Positions 25,395-38,919 of a DNA stretch of 64,000 nucleotides are shown one piece after another (the first letter of the stretch is position 1; each line of letters starts with the position of its first letter). The translations under genes were made by a program, and so were the position numbers. Origin of the DNA: Eledone cirrhosa (taxonomy: Eukaryota); assembly GCA_964016885.1 (NCBI GenBank), contig OZ024740.1, positions 18,228,001 through 18,292,000 on the forward strand, written 5' to 3'. The notes below the pieces were generated by a model, which worked only from the letters and a program-made list of their open reading frames with translations, was not told the DNA's origin and did not search any database.

Positions 25395-26425
25395 GCAATA
25401 TGGCAATGTCATTAGAGCATCAGATCAAATACCTTAGAGTGTTTGTTCTCACTTCACTCTGAGTTCAAATCCCACACAGATCAATCTTGTCTTTCATCTT
25501 TCAGTGTTGATATTATTTACTGTTACATTTCCCATAATGGATTGGCAGGATCGGTAGAGCATCGGACAACATTATTTGCGGCATATGATTGGTTCTATAT
25601 TTAAATCCCGCTGAAGTCAGCTTTGCCTTTCATCCTTGCAGGGTTAATGAAATAAATCACCAGTAATGCACTGGGGTCGATTTAATTGACTTTCCTCTCC
25701 CCCAAAATTGTTGGCATTGTGCCTAAATCAGAAACTTTTATTATAAAGTAGAGTTACGGCCCTTTACATTCTGAGTTCAAATCCTGCCGAGGTTAGTTTT
25801 GCCTTTGATCTTTACAGTGTCAATAAAATAAAGTACCAGTAATGCACTGGGGTCAATTTAATTCCCCCTCCCCCCAATTGTTTGTCTTGTGCCTATAATA
25901 AAAATCATTATTACTCTGTATTGGTGAATTGGTTGAGTCATTTGATCATAGGATTAAACGCCTTGCAGTATTTGTTGCTGCTTTTTATGCTCTGAGTTCA
26001 AATCTCATTGAGGTCATCTTTGCTTGAGGGTCAATAAGTATAGTACTAGATCAAGGCAATGAATTGTTGGTACTTGTCGCAGGTCTGTCAGTTCTGGGTT
26101 CAAATCTCACCTTCTGTCACTGTAAAAATGGTAATATGATAGGACTGCAGCCTCATATAATTAAAAATACCAAACAGACCTCCCTTATGAGATGTAACCT
26201 TATGGGTACCCAACTAAACCTATGACATGTGTCATATCAATAGTTTCTAATTTAGGTACAAGACCAGCAATTTCAAGCAGGGAGAAAGCTGATTAAATCA
26301 GTCCCAGTACATGACTGGAAGAATAGAAGGCAATGTTTACCTCCATGGTGGAATTTGAACTCAATGTAAACAACTGAAAAAGATATTTTTTTAACCAGTG
26401 TGCACCTCATGATTCTGCAAATTCA
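25395..26425. mobile_element. Cluster of at least five SINE family 1 copies or fragments
   Basis: Repeated B box GAGTTCAAATC and TTTGCCTTTCATC motifs at ~25460, 25600, 25775, 25995 and (minus) 26240-26420. Confidence 0.75.
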
Positions 26426-26642
26426 CAGCCAACAATGAAACACAGTAGGTTGAAGCAAGGGAAAGTATTTGGACTTGAGTGAAGGGTTACCAGGATTTTA
26501 AAGAGTAGCATGATTCTTCTCTCCCAGCTGTCTTTCCTTTATCTTCTCCCCCCTTTCATACAAGACAGAGAAATGTGTTATAATGCTTGGATGCTTCATT
26601 ACAGAGCTGTCCATTCAAGAAAACATAGATATTAGCAAATGT

Positions 26643-26870
26643 TTAACCCTTTACCATTTACATTACTCTATATATACTATTATATTTTCATAGTCAAGAC
26701 TTTACTTTACATAATATCTCACATAATATTGAATCTACGAGAATTTGATATTATTTATTTTGAGAACAATACCTTAACATCAGAGTGAGTGGCCAGTTAC
26801 AGCGGGTTTGAACAGAAAGAAGTGAGAGAATTTTGGCTGGATATGGCCGGTTTAAATGCTAAAGGGTTAA
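26643..26870. mobile_element. piggyBac-like MITE (TTAA target site)
   Basis: TTAA-CCCTTTACCATTTA ... TAAATGCTAAAGGG-TTAA; second copy at 53542-53754. Confidence 0.85.
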
Positions 26871-27104
26871 ATAAAGATTATTATAAAATTGTTATTGTTG
26901 TCTGGGTTAGGTCTGCTCCGATTGAGCCTGGCAGTATCGGTGGATCAATTGATACAGCTAGATCCCTAAGTGAGACCAGCTGAACACATGGATGTTATCC
27001 AATCATCTTGCTCAGGGGCTACCCGTTTGTCTCATGCCGGTTGGTTTTTGCACATAAAATCTGTCCAGGGATTCTTTCCTGAGACATTCTAACTACATGC
27101 TTGT

Positions 27105-27320
27105 AATTGTTGGCCTTGTGCCTAAATCAGAAATCATATTGGCATTATCGATAAAGCACCAGACACCATGCTTTGCAGCATAAGGTTATGGCCCTTTACG
27201 TTCTGATTTCAAATCCCGCCGAAGTTAACTTTGCCTTTCATCCTTACGGGGTCGATAAAATAAAGTACCAGTAATGTACTGGTATTTGCGGGCCTTGTGC
27301 CAAAAAGTAGAAACAATTAT
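27105..27320 (+). mobile_element. SINE family 1 copy
   Basis: Same central and tail motifs as 24713-24905. Confidence 0.8.
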
Positions 27321-27331
27321 TATTATGATAA

Positions 27332-28150
27332 TCATCATCATCATCATCGTTTAACGTCCATCTTCCACGCTTGCATGGGTTTGGACGGGGATTTTCCCAC
27401 TTGAGGCAAGATTGGTTGTTTTGCTCGTATAGGACTGTCTGGCGGGTTTTCTACAGCTGGATGCCCTTCCTAACACCAACCACATTTACAGTGTGGAACT
27501 GGGAGGTTTTTACCGTGTTACCTATACGGCCACATTACAGCGTGGACTGTGTTTTTTTTGTCGTGATACCTACACGACCTCATTTGTTTCGGACTGGATG
27601 TTGTGGTACCAACATAACTTTACATCGAAAGGGGTGGTGTGGATGGGGTGGGGGTAGTGGGATGGGAGTGTATTTTTGTTAAGAGGTGCCTACTGACTGT
27701 AGGTTTCGCTTTGTACTTAGGCAAGGCGGGTCTTCTGTATTACTGTGTAGTGCCAAAGATCTCGGTCCAGTGACATTGTCTTGGAGAAGTGTAAGTGTGT
27801 AAGGTCGGAATTTATCAAGTCGTCCCAGGTTTTTCTGGGTCTGCCTACTCCGTGGCTACCGTCTATTTTTTTCGCTCTGCACTTTTTTATACAGCTGTTG
27901 TCTTTCATGTGCATCACGTGACCATACCAACGTAGTCTTCTCTCGAGTAAACAACATCTGATCCCTCTTATTCCGAATTTCTCCCTTAGTTCGTTTATGC
28001 TTTGCCGTTCACGTATATTACTTTTACACATCCAGCGGAGCTTGCAAGCTTCGTTCCTCACCAGTCTGCGTATATCCTCTGCACACAATGCCCAAGTCTC
28101 ACTGCCATGTAACATTGCTGTTCGTATGCAGGCATCATACAGCCTGCCTT
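27332..28150 (-). mobile_element. RTE LINE family B 3' part
   Basis: ORF 27717-28115 (LHGSETW, RLRWYGHV, GRPRKTW) plus UTR and (CAT)n tail; near-duplicate of 29321-30170. Confidence 0.9.
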
Positions 28151-28249
28151 TTTTCTGTGGCGCCTACACGTCCACTTTACAGTGTGGGCTGGGTGCTTTT
28201 TTGCTGTGGCACCTCCATGACCACTTTGCAGTGGAATGATATGGATCCC

Positions 28250-28402
28250 AGTCCTATTATCTCATTTCTACAGGTGAGTAAACTGGAGCAATGTGAAATA
28301 AAGTGTCTTGTTCAAGGAAACAACACATCACCCGGTCTGAGAATTGAACTCACAACCTTTCGATTGCAAGGCCAATGCTCTAACCACTAAGCCATGTGCC
28401 TC
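28250..28402 (-). mobile_element. tRNA-SINE family 2 (CORE-like) 5' part
   Basis: Reverse complement GGCACATGGCTTAGTGGTTAGAGCATTGG...CCTTGAACAAGACACTTTATTTCAC; other copies at 33214-33330 and 53801. Confidence 0.75.
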
Positions 28403-28740
28403 TAGATAGTTAGGTTATTTGCGTCACAGATTTCAAGGATTCTGGAGCCTTCCTTATTTCTAGTACCAAACCCATAGCCTCCATGGATTCTGTCATAGCC
28501 ATCACAATGTTGTCCAACGTGACCATTTAGGTCGCCAGCAATAATTATGTAGTAACTGTCGGCTATTTGGGAGGTAGTGAGCATCAATGTCTCATAGAAT
28601 CTGTCTTTTATAATGCCAGGCAGTCCGGATTGGGATGCGTACACAGTAGTTCTATTTAGGACAAGTCTTATTTTAATTATTCTGTCGTTCACTCTATTTA
28701 CGTCTATTATCTTATCTACCCATTTTTCTGCTAACATGAT
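28403..28740 (-). mobile_element. RTE APE endonuclease fragment
   Basis: LAEKWVDK...RVNDRII...IIAGDLNGHVG...GYGFGTRNKEGSRILE. Confidence 0.9.
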
Positions 28741-28821
28741 AAATAAATACATAAAGAAAATGTTATTAATTTTATGTTATGTTTAGCATGTATATATATT
28801 TTATGCTTGTGTATATATATA

Positions 28822-29035
28822 TCATCATCATCATCGTTTAACATCCATCTTCCACGCTAGCATGAGTTAGGCAGTTTTGTTCCATTTGATGCGGGAGTGG
28901 TCGGGTGACCGTATCTCGCTTGTATGGAAGTATCTCTGGCAGGTTTTTTACAGCTGGATGCCCTTCCTAACACCAACCACATTTACAGTGTGGACTGGGA
29001 GCCTTTTTACCGTGTCTTCTACACGACCACTTTAC
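28822..29035 (-). mobile_element. RTE-B 3' UTR/tail fragment
   Basis: (CAT)nCGTTTAACATCCATCTTCCACGCTAGCATG...GGATGCCCTTCCTAACACC. Confidence 0.8.
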
Positions 29036-29320
29036 ACAACCAGTTGATTTGGAGTTCAATCCTGCTGCATGGCACCTTAGGCAAGAGTCTTTACTAAGGT
29101 CTTGTATTTGTGTGTGCATATCTGTTTATGTTTGCATCTGTGTTTAAAGATCAATAAAATAAGTATCAAACTTCAACAAACAAACACTGGCATTAATACG
29201 GTTGACTAGATCAAGGTAGTGCTCCAGCATGGCCGTAGTCTACTGACTGAAACAAATAAACACATACATGTTTGGATATATCATCTAAATATATAGGTAA
29301 CGATATATGCATCTATTTGA

Positions 29321-30934
29321 ATCATCATCATCATCGTTTAACGTCCATCTTCCACGCTAGCATGGGTTTGACGGGAGTTGTCCCACTTGAGGCAAGGTTG
29401 GTCGGGTGACCGTGTCTCGCTCATATAGGACTATCTGGCAGGTTTTCTACGGCTGGATGCCCTTCCTAACACCAACCACATTTACAGTGTGGAACTGGGA
29501 ACTTTTTACCGTGTTACCTACACGACCACATTACAGCGTGGACTGTGTGTTTTTTGTTGTGACACCTACACGATCTCGATCTCATTATCTCATTTATTTG
29601 GACTGGATGTTGTGGTACCAACTTTACAGAGAGAGGGTGGTGTTGGTGGGAGTGGGAGGATAGGGTAGGGGTAGTGGATTGGGGTGTATATTTGGTTGAG
29701 AGGTGCCTACTGACTGTAGGTTTTGCTTTGTACATAGGCAAGGCGGGTCTTCTGTATTATTGCATAGCGCCAAAGATCTCGGTCCAGTGACATTGTCTTA
29801 GAGAGGTGCAAGTGTGTAAGGTCGGAATTTATCAGATCATCCCAGGTTTTTCTAGGTCTACCTACTCCGTAACTACCATCAATTTTGATCGCCCTGCACT
29901 TTTTTATGCAGCTGTCGTCTTTCATGCCCATCACGTGACCATACCAACGTAGTCTTCTCTCAAGTAAACAGCATCTGATCCCTCTTATTCCTAATTTCTC
30001 CCTTAGTTCGTTTATGCTTTGCCGTTCACGTATATTACTATTACACATCCAACGGAGCATGCATGCTTCATTCCTTTCCAGTCTACGCAGGTCCTCTGCA
30101 TGCAATGCCCATGTCTCACTGCCATGTAGCATTGCTGTTCGTATACAGGCATCATGCAATCTGCCTTTCATTTTTAGAGAGAAACCTTATAAGCTCTCTG
30201 AACTTTTTCCATCCCGTTCTGACTCTGGCTACTGTACTTTCAGAACACCCTCCACCACTGCTGATTTCGTCACCCAGGTAATGTAAGGTATCCACTATTT
30301 CTATAGAACCATCTGGGCAATAGAAGGAGCTAGTATCCTGTGGACACTTGCTACTTATTGCACCTGAGCATTGGCCACATATAAAGTTTACATTCTTTGA
30401 TAGTTTACCTGTGATCCCACTACATCTTTTATGTACCCATACTTTACATTTGGGACATAAAATGGAATTTCTGCCTACTCCTTTCCTACACACTGAGCAT
30501 GGCCATTTCCCTGAGGGCACCTGTGCCCTATTTTCCTTTCTACAAACTAGAACTTTAGTCTTAGACAAGTTAACTTTAAGGCCTTTCGATTCTAGGCCAT
30601 GCTTCCCTGTTTGGAATTTCTTCTCTAGTTCAGCCATAGATTCAGCTATGAGCATTAGATCATCTGCGTATAGGAGTTCCCATGGGCAGCCGGTCTTGAA
30701 CTCCTCTGTTATAGCCTGAAGGGCAATAATAAATAGGATGGGGCTAAGGACAGAGCCTTGATGAACGCCAACTTTTATACTAAATTCTTCACAATATTCA
30801 TTGTTTATTCTAACCTTGCTGACTGTTTCTTTATACATGGCTTGTATAGCTCTCATAAGCCATTTATCTACACCTAGTTTTCTAAGAGCCCACCAGATAA
30901 TGGAACGGGGGACTCCTCTGTCAAAGGCTTTCTC
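29321..30934 (-). mobile_element. RTE LINE family B: RT domain (EKAFDR, QGSVLSP, YADD), PHD finger, C-terminus, 3' UTR; frameshifted
   Basis: ORFs 30152-31078 and 29707-30171 in the track; truncated at a (TA)n tract. Confidence 0.95.
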
Positions 30935-30962
30935 TGAATGTATGTATATATGTTTATACACA

Positions 30963-31042
<80 letters not shown>

Positions 31043-31218
31043 CACGAAGGAAGTGTTGTAAGGAACCAGGTGGACCATAACACACCAGAGTACTCAATAC
31101 TTTGGGTAGTAGAGTGGGTAATAGGAAAATAGTCAGGGCCCCAATGGTTGAGCTCTGGCTGTTTCGACAGCTATTGTTGAAACGGCCGGAACTCAGCCGT
31201 CAGGGTCCTGACTCTTGT

Positions 31219-31263
<45 letters not shown>

Positions 31264-31371
31264 CAGGGTGTCCCCCCCACAAAAAAAATGTATACACACT
31301 TTGATTACCTGTACAGGCAATATTAGTTAGAACCCTGTTGAAGTGTGTATACATTTTTGGGGGACATCCTG
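31264..31371. mobile_element. Tc1/mariner-type MITE with TA target site
   Basis: TA-CAGGGTGTCCCCC..AAAAATGTATACACACTT ... AAGTGTGTATACATTTTTGGGGGACATCCTG-TA, within a (TA)n tract. Confidence 0.85.
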
Positions 31372-32392
31372 TATATATATATATATACACACACACACAT
31401 ATATATATTTTATACAGATAGAATCCCGCTATATATAGTTGTGTAGCCAAGGGTGTGTGCTAGTAATTTCACCGCAAAAGATCAAATACCTTTTCTATAT
31501 ATGAACCGAACCACCTCTCTCACATATCTACATACATGTGAGTATACACGTATGTCTGTATACATATATGTATGTGAGTGTATATGTGTGTTTATGTTAA
31601 ATAATGAGTAGGTGTTTGTGTAAATAGCTTACTGTCATAACTTCATCTGGAATGTCCTTCTCCTTCACATTTTTCTTCACTTATGTCAATGGAATTCCTG
31701 AATTTGTGTGTCTGTATGTATATGGTTGTGTTTTGAGCTCAACGGAATTACTAATACAGTGTTTATCATATGTATATGTGTGTGTTTGTATCTATCTTTG
31801 TTATAATGTTACATATCATCATCATCGTTTTATGTTTGTTTCTCCGAGCTGGTAATACTTAGATGGGTCGTGTTGGTGTGTTTTGTCTTGCAGACACAAC
31901 AGAGAAAACCAGCCAGCTTTGTTATGTCAGAAGTGCACTATAACATGTCACACTAGAAGTTATCACATGTCAGGTGTACTAAATGAACATCTCTACCTTG
32001 TATCAGTTCTTATCTGGAGTGTCTACCCTCCTAGATGGGTTGCCTGTCATGGAGAGGCTACATATGTTCCATCAATGGACATAGCTACTGAATGAGGGGT
32101 GACATGATGGAAATATGATGCAACCTAGCTTAAAGGTTGTCCCTGTGGGTAGAGGTAGGGAAGTAAGAGTTACAATGTTATCCAGGGTGGCTGCGTGTGA
32201 AGCTCTTCATAGGACTTTGTAGAGCGGTATATCGAGAAGTTCTTCAAGGTGGGTGTGGAGGAAGTTGCCATGTTTCGAGGTATATATCACCACAAAACAC
32301 AGTCTGTCTATAAATACAGCTAATGTTTATAATGGACAGAGAAAGAGGAGCATTGTATAATGATGACCACCACTTTCTTACCATTGCTCATA

Positions 32393-32430
<38 letters not shown>

Positions 32431-33069
32431 ACTATCCTTCAATCCACTCCTTCACTTACATTGCTTTTTTCTTCTACCACACTTTGTTATGTATTACTCT
32501 CCTTCACCCTCATTACTCTGCCTCCCACTACTCACTCTTCCCTCATCACACAACTCCACTGCAACCTCCAAGGTGGCCAAGCCTCCAGAGATCTTCCCTG
32601 GTGACATCCAACCATCTGGTGGAGGCCTGCAGCCACTACGTCAAACGAGAGTAAAGCCCTGGTAAGATGATCTAGTGGCTGCGGCAGATAGCTATGAGGC
32701 GGCGGGTGTGTGCCATGATAAATGGTACCAGTATATTCTGTATAATGTTTGGTGTTAGGAAGGGCACCCAGCCATAGAAACCCATGCTACAAATGGAACC
32801 TGCAAGTAAGATATGCCATTGACTAGTCTAGGAGTAGAGTAACTCTAATAACAAACTTTCATCATGAAGAGCAAACATAAACTGAGAGTGATGACATATG
32901 AGATACAGTTATGGCTGTGTAAGAGGTTCATGGTGTACCTCCATTGTTTCAAGTAAGCTCCCACTGCATCATACCTTAGGCAAGTATTTTCTACTTTAGC
33001 TTCATGCAGGGTAGACCAATGCCTTGTGAGCAAAATTTGGTATACAGAAGTCTGTTGTATATATATATA

Positions 33070-33185
33070 TCATCATCACCATCATCATTTTACGTCCGCT
33101 TTTCCCTGCTTGCAAGGGTGGGACGGGTCTTATTCAACACAGCATCTCTCCACTTATCACAGTCCTTCGTCGTCATCTCCTCGAT
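33070..33185 (-). mobile_element. RTE family A extreme 3' end
   Basis: CATCATTTTACGTCCGCTTTTCCCTGCTTGCAAGGGTGGGACGGGTC matches 15535-15590 in reverse complement. Confidence 0.88.
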
Positions 33186-33213
33186 GTTTATACATGTGTT
33201 TTGTACATAGTGA

Positions 33214-33330
33214 TGGCATGTGGCTGAGTGGTTAGAGAATTGGATTTGCAATCGTGAGGTTGTGAGTTTGATTCTTGGACTGGATGATGCATTATGTCCT
33301 TGAGCAAGACACTTTATTTCACGTTGCTCC
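33214..33330 (+). mobile_element. tRNA-SINE family 2 (CORE-like) head
   Basis: GGCATGTGGCTGAGTGGTTAGAG...GTCCTTGAGCAAGACACTTTATTTCACGTTGCTCC. Confidence 0.75.
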
Positions 33331-34169
33331 TTCTGCCTAGATTTGCAACTGGTAGATAGTATTAGTAATTGGAAAGACCAATGGAAATATTGTTTCCTCG
33401 GTCCAATTTGACGAGCTCCACCCCACTCATTAAGCGAGTGAGTTCTGCTATCTTGTTGATCGACTGTTGATACATATGTGTATGAATATGTATGTTTGTC
33501 GGTGTCACTTTATGGTGACACCACTTAAAAAAAGAAAAGGTGTTGTTTGTTTATGTCCTGTATAACAATAGGTTCTGCAGCTTAGTGGTTTGATGTGTGA
33601 AAAATCATTAAAATAAGTATTTTACTTGAAGTATATATTGGCATGAGGAAAGGCAACCAAGCGTAGAACACTACCTCTAAAAAAAGAAAAATGAACCCTC
33701 ATCCAACTCATACCAAAGAGGCCATCAAAACAATGATGATGATGGTGGTGGTGAGAAGGGGGTGGAGGAGGAGGAGAAGGATGAATAATATCCCCAAATT
33801 TCCAATTCATTTAGTCTAGTGATGAATACTTAACTACTACCACCACTCTCCCTACCAGCCCCCTCCTCTCCTCCAGCCTTCCCAGATCTCTCCCCTCCCT
33901 CAGCCATTCACATCCATCTATTGTTTAATTAATGTCTCATATCCTCCACCTCCTCCCCACCCCATTAATGACCCCCTCCCTCCACCATTTACAACACCCT
34001 ACTGTCTTTATTAAGGGATTCAGTCAATAATAATGTGGTGATGGGTGCACTGTGATGAGGGTAATGACCTTGTGATGATGGGCATGGTTGGAATGCTTTT
34101 GATCATTGATTTGCACGATTAGGGCAGCTGGCCTAGGGCTATATAACAACAACAACAATACTTTCCCTC

Positions 34170-36240
34170 CATCATCATTACTACCTACCATCTCCACCAC
34201 CATAACCACCTTGACCAATACTACAACCACAGCCACAACCAACACTACAAATACCCCACTACCACCAACACTACCTTGACCACCACCACCACTACCACAC
34301 CACCACCACCACCACCACCACCACTACCACCACGACCAACACTACCTTAACCACAACCACCACCATCACCACCACTAACACCACCACCACCATCACCACC
34401 ACCACCACCACTAACACCACCACCATTAACACCACCACCACCACCACCACCACCACCACCACCACCACCATCACCACCAACACCACCACTAACACCACCA
34501 CCACCACCACCACCACCACCATCACCACCACCACCACTAACACCACCATCACCACCAACACCACCACTAACACCACCACCACCATCACTAACACCACCAC
34601 CACCACCACCATCACTAACACCACCACCACCATCACTAACACCACCACCACCACCACCATCACCACCACCACCACCACCACTACCACCACCACCACTAAC
34701 ACCACCACCATCACCACCACCACCACCACCACTACCACCACCACCACTAACACCACCACCACCACCACCACCACCACCACCACCACCACTAACACCACCA
34801 CCACCACCACCACTAACACCACCACCACCACTAACACCACCACCACCACCACCACCACTAACACCACCACCACCACTAACACCACCACCACCACCACCAC
34901 CACTAACACCACCACCACCACCACCACCACTAACACCACCACCACCACTAACACCACCACCACCACCACCACCACTAACACCACCACCACCACCACCACC
35001 ACCACCATCAACACCACCACCACCACTAACACCACCACCACCACCACTAACACCACCACCACCACTAACACCACCACCACCACCACCACCACTAACACCA
35101 CCACCACCACCACCACCACCACCACCACCATTGCCACCATAACATCTATTTCCAAGAATGGAATTCTAGACAAAATTTTCTTTGTATTCTTTGCTGATTA
35201 ATCCTCGCTGCAATTTGACTTTGCTACTTCTATGGTAGTAGTAGTAGTGGTGGTGGTGATGGTGGTGGTGGTGGTGGTGGTGGTGGTGTGGTGTGGTGTG
35301 GTGTAGTGTGGTGGTGTGGTGTGGTGTGGTGGTGGTGGTGGTGTGGTGTGGTGTGGTGTAGTGTGGTGGTGTGGTGTGGTGTGGTGGTGGTGGTGGTGGT
35401 GGTGGTGTGGTGTGGTGTGGTGTAGTGTGGTGGTGTGGTGTGGTGTGGTGGTGGTGGTGGTGGTGGTGGTGTGGTGTGGTGTGGTGTAGTGTGGTGGTGT
35501 GGTGTGGTGTGGTGGTGGTGGTGGTGATGGTGGTGGTTGTGGTGTGGTGTGGTGTAGTGTGGTGGTGTGGTGTGGTGGTGGTGGTGGTGGTGGTGGTGGT
35601 GGTGGTGTGGTGTGGTGTGGTGTAGTGTGGTGGTGTGGTGTGGTGTGGTGGTGGTGGTGGTGGTGGTGGTGGTGTGGTGTGGTGTGGTGTGGTGTGGTGT
35701 GGTGGTGGTGGTGGTGGTGGTGGTGTGGTGTGGTGTGGTGTAGTGTGGTGGTGTGGTGTGGTGTGGTGGTGGTGGTGGTGGTGGTGGTGTGGTGTGGTGT
35801 GGTGTAGTGTGGTGGTGTGGTGTGGTGTGGTGGTGGTGGTGGTGATGGTGGTGGTTGTGGTGTGGTGTGGTGTAGTGTGGTGGTGTGGTGTGGTGGTGGT
35901 GGTGGTGGTGGTGGTGGTGTGGTGTAGTGTGGTGGTGTGGTGTGGTGTGGTGGTGGTGGTGGTGATGGTGGTGGTGGTGGTGGTGGTGTGGTGTGGTGTG
36001 GTGTAGTGTGGTGGTGTGGTGTGGTGTGGTGGTGGTGGTGCTGGTGGTGTGGTGTGGTGTGGTGTAGTGTGGTGGTGTGGTGTGGTGTGGTGGTGGTGGT
36101 GGTGATGGTGGTGTGGTGGTGGTGGTGGTGTGGTGTGGTGTGGTGTAGTGTGGTGGTGGTGATGGTGGTGTGGTAGTGGTGGTGGTGGTGGTGTTGATGA
36201 TGCTGGACATGGTGTTAGTGGTGGTGGTGGTAGTGGTGGT
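34170..36240. repeat. (CAC)n tract (34170-35135) and opposite-sense (GGT/GTG)n tract (35232-36240)
   Basis: Direct reading; explains the poly-V/H/T ORFs. Confidence 0.95.
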
Positions 36241-36249
36241 ATAGGAGAT

Positions 36250-36358
36250 AATTGTTTCTACTTTAGGCACAAGGCCAGCAATTATCCAGTGCATTACTGG
36301 TACTTTATTTTATCGACCCCGTAAGGATGAAAGGCAAAGTCAACCTCGGCGGGATTTG
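36250..36358 (-). mobile_element. SINE family 1, 3' half
   Basis: Reverse complement of AAATCCCGCCGAGGTTGACTTTGCCTTTCATCC...GCCTAAAGTAGAAACAATT. Confidence 0.85.
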
Positions 36359-36924
36359 ATGGCGATGGTGCTGATGGCAGTGATAATGATGGTGGTGGTG
36401 GTGTTGATGATATTGGACATGGTGTTGGTGTTGATGTTGGTGTTGATGTCATTGTCAAGTTATTAGCAGTGATAATGTTTGGCATGAAGTCTGCATCTTC
36501 ATCTTGATCACCATCACCATCAACACCACCACCACCACCATCGCCATCAGCAGCATCATCACCGCCATCACCACCACCATCAGCAGCACCATCACCATCA
36601 CCATCACCACCACCGCCATCGCCATCAGCATCATCATCACCACCATCATCAGTAGCAGCAGTAGCAGCAGTAGCAGCAGTTGTGCACTTGATACATCTGT
36701 GTGTCTGATATATAAAAAAATAAAAGGATGAAGGCATTGTTAGCAGCAGTGGTGGTGGTAAGAGGAGAGAAATTAGAACAAGATTCCATTGGGATGATAA
36801 ATTCTGAGTGCCACCATCTCTCCTGCTACCTTCTATTTCCTCCTCTTCCTATCACCACCTCTCTCTTCATAGCTCTCTGCCTTTTTATCTCCCCTTTCAA
36901 TTCAGTCCTTCTTTTGCCTTCTTT

Positions 36925-38235
36925 CACACATACACATACACACATACACACATTCACATACACACACACATACACACACACACATAGACACAGATATTCT
37001 TTTCATACAGACTCTTCCTGTCTTTTCCCACTTCCTCTTTGCACACACATACATATACATACACACAAATAAACACACACACACACACACACATACATAT
37101 ACATACACACAAATAAACACACACACACACACAAACATACATATACATACACACAAATAAACACACACTTATGTCAGTTACACACACACACACATAGATA
37201 TACATACACACAAATAAACACACACACTTTTGTCAGTTACATACATGCACACAAATAAACACACGTGTATATACATACACACATGTATATATATATATAT
37301 ATATACACATGTATATATACACACACAGTTTTGTCAGTTTACCACTTTAGCCTTGAAAAATAATCATTGTTCTTGTAATATTGCATTTTGAAACAAATCC
37401 ACACCTCCACACTACCACCACACCTCCACACTACCACCACACTTCCACACTACCACCACACTTCCACACTACCACCATACTTCCACACTACCACCATACT
37501 TCCACACTAACACCACACTTCCACACTAACACCACACTTCCACACTAACACCACACTTCCACACTAACACCACACTTCCACACTTCCACACTAACACCAC
37601 CACAACCTGAACACTACCACCACACTTCCACACTAACACCACCACAACCTGAACACTACCACCACACTTCCACACTAACACCACCACAACCTGAACACTA
37701 CCACCACACTTCCACACTAACACCACCACAACCTGAACACCACCACTGCCGCACTAACACCACCACAACCTGAACACCACCACCACCACTGCCGCACTAA
37801 CAGCACCACCACCACTTCCACACTAACACCACCACAACCTGGACACTACCACCACACTTCCACACTAACACCACCACAACCTGAACACCACCACTGCCGC
37901 ACTAACACCGCCACAACCTGAACACCACAACCACTGCCGCACTAACCCCCACCACAACCTGAACACCACCACCACCACTGCTGCAGTAACACCACCACAA
38001 CCTGAACACCACCACCACACTTCCACACTAACACCACCACCACCACTGCCGCACTAACACCAACACAACCTGAACACCACCACCACACTTCCACACTAAC
38101 ACCACCACAACCTGAACACCACGCCACATTACACCACCACTGCAACTATCACCACACCACAACACACGCCACCACCACTGCCACCACCACTACACCACCA
38201 CTGCCACCACCACTGCACCACCACTTAACCACACT
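36925..38235. repeat. CA-rich tract and CAC-based minisatellite (37400-38235)
   Basis: CTTCCACACTAACACCACCACAACCTGAACAC units. Confidence 0.88.
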
Positions 38236-38919
38236 ATTTTAATTTAGAATTCTCAAGAACAATACTCTAAGATAAACAATAGTAATTTTAGGTAGTGGTG
38301 GATGTAGGGGAGTTGGTGGTGGTGTTGTTGTTAGTAGTGGTGGTGGTGGTGTTTGTGGTGATGGTGGTAGTGATGGTGGTGGTGGTGCTCATGGTGACTG
38401 ACTTGTACATCCTTTAACAAGAAAACCAGAGTGACTATTGTCATAGACATGACAACAATGCTTAAAGAATGCTCACCTCTCCACCTCCCCTTCAATGTCA
38501 GTCAAGCTGGGGTGAAGGAAGGGAAGGAGAAATGTATGGGGGGGGGGAGTATTAGTTTTGTGTGTGTGTATATGTCTGTATGTATGTGTCTGTGTGTGTG
38601 GGGGGGGGGGGGGAGCCTAGTTGGCCTTATATGGTGCAGAACCATCTGTCATGTGAAACATATACACAAACCTAGCTATTTGAACAAACTAAAACACATT
38701 CAAAGCTGGCCTAAGCTAGAGATATAAAATATAGACACCCCTTCCTTCTGCAAGCTGGTAATTGACCTAACCAGGTAGAAAATGTAGCCCCTACCCACCC
38801 ATTCTCCCTTTATCAAACTGCTCATTAAGTATTTTAGTAATCAATACTAAACACATGATTTCAGTATGAGTCATATGTATACATGTAATAGAACGGAATA
38901 AATGGACTAGAATTTGAGT

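Noticed and set aside
34292-36294. Poly-Val and His/Thr/Pro-rich ORFs (mucin/extensin-like)
   Set aside because: These are trinucleotide tracts lacking stops by composition, with no splice or start context.
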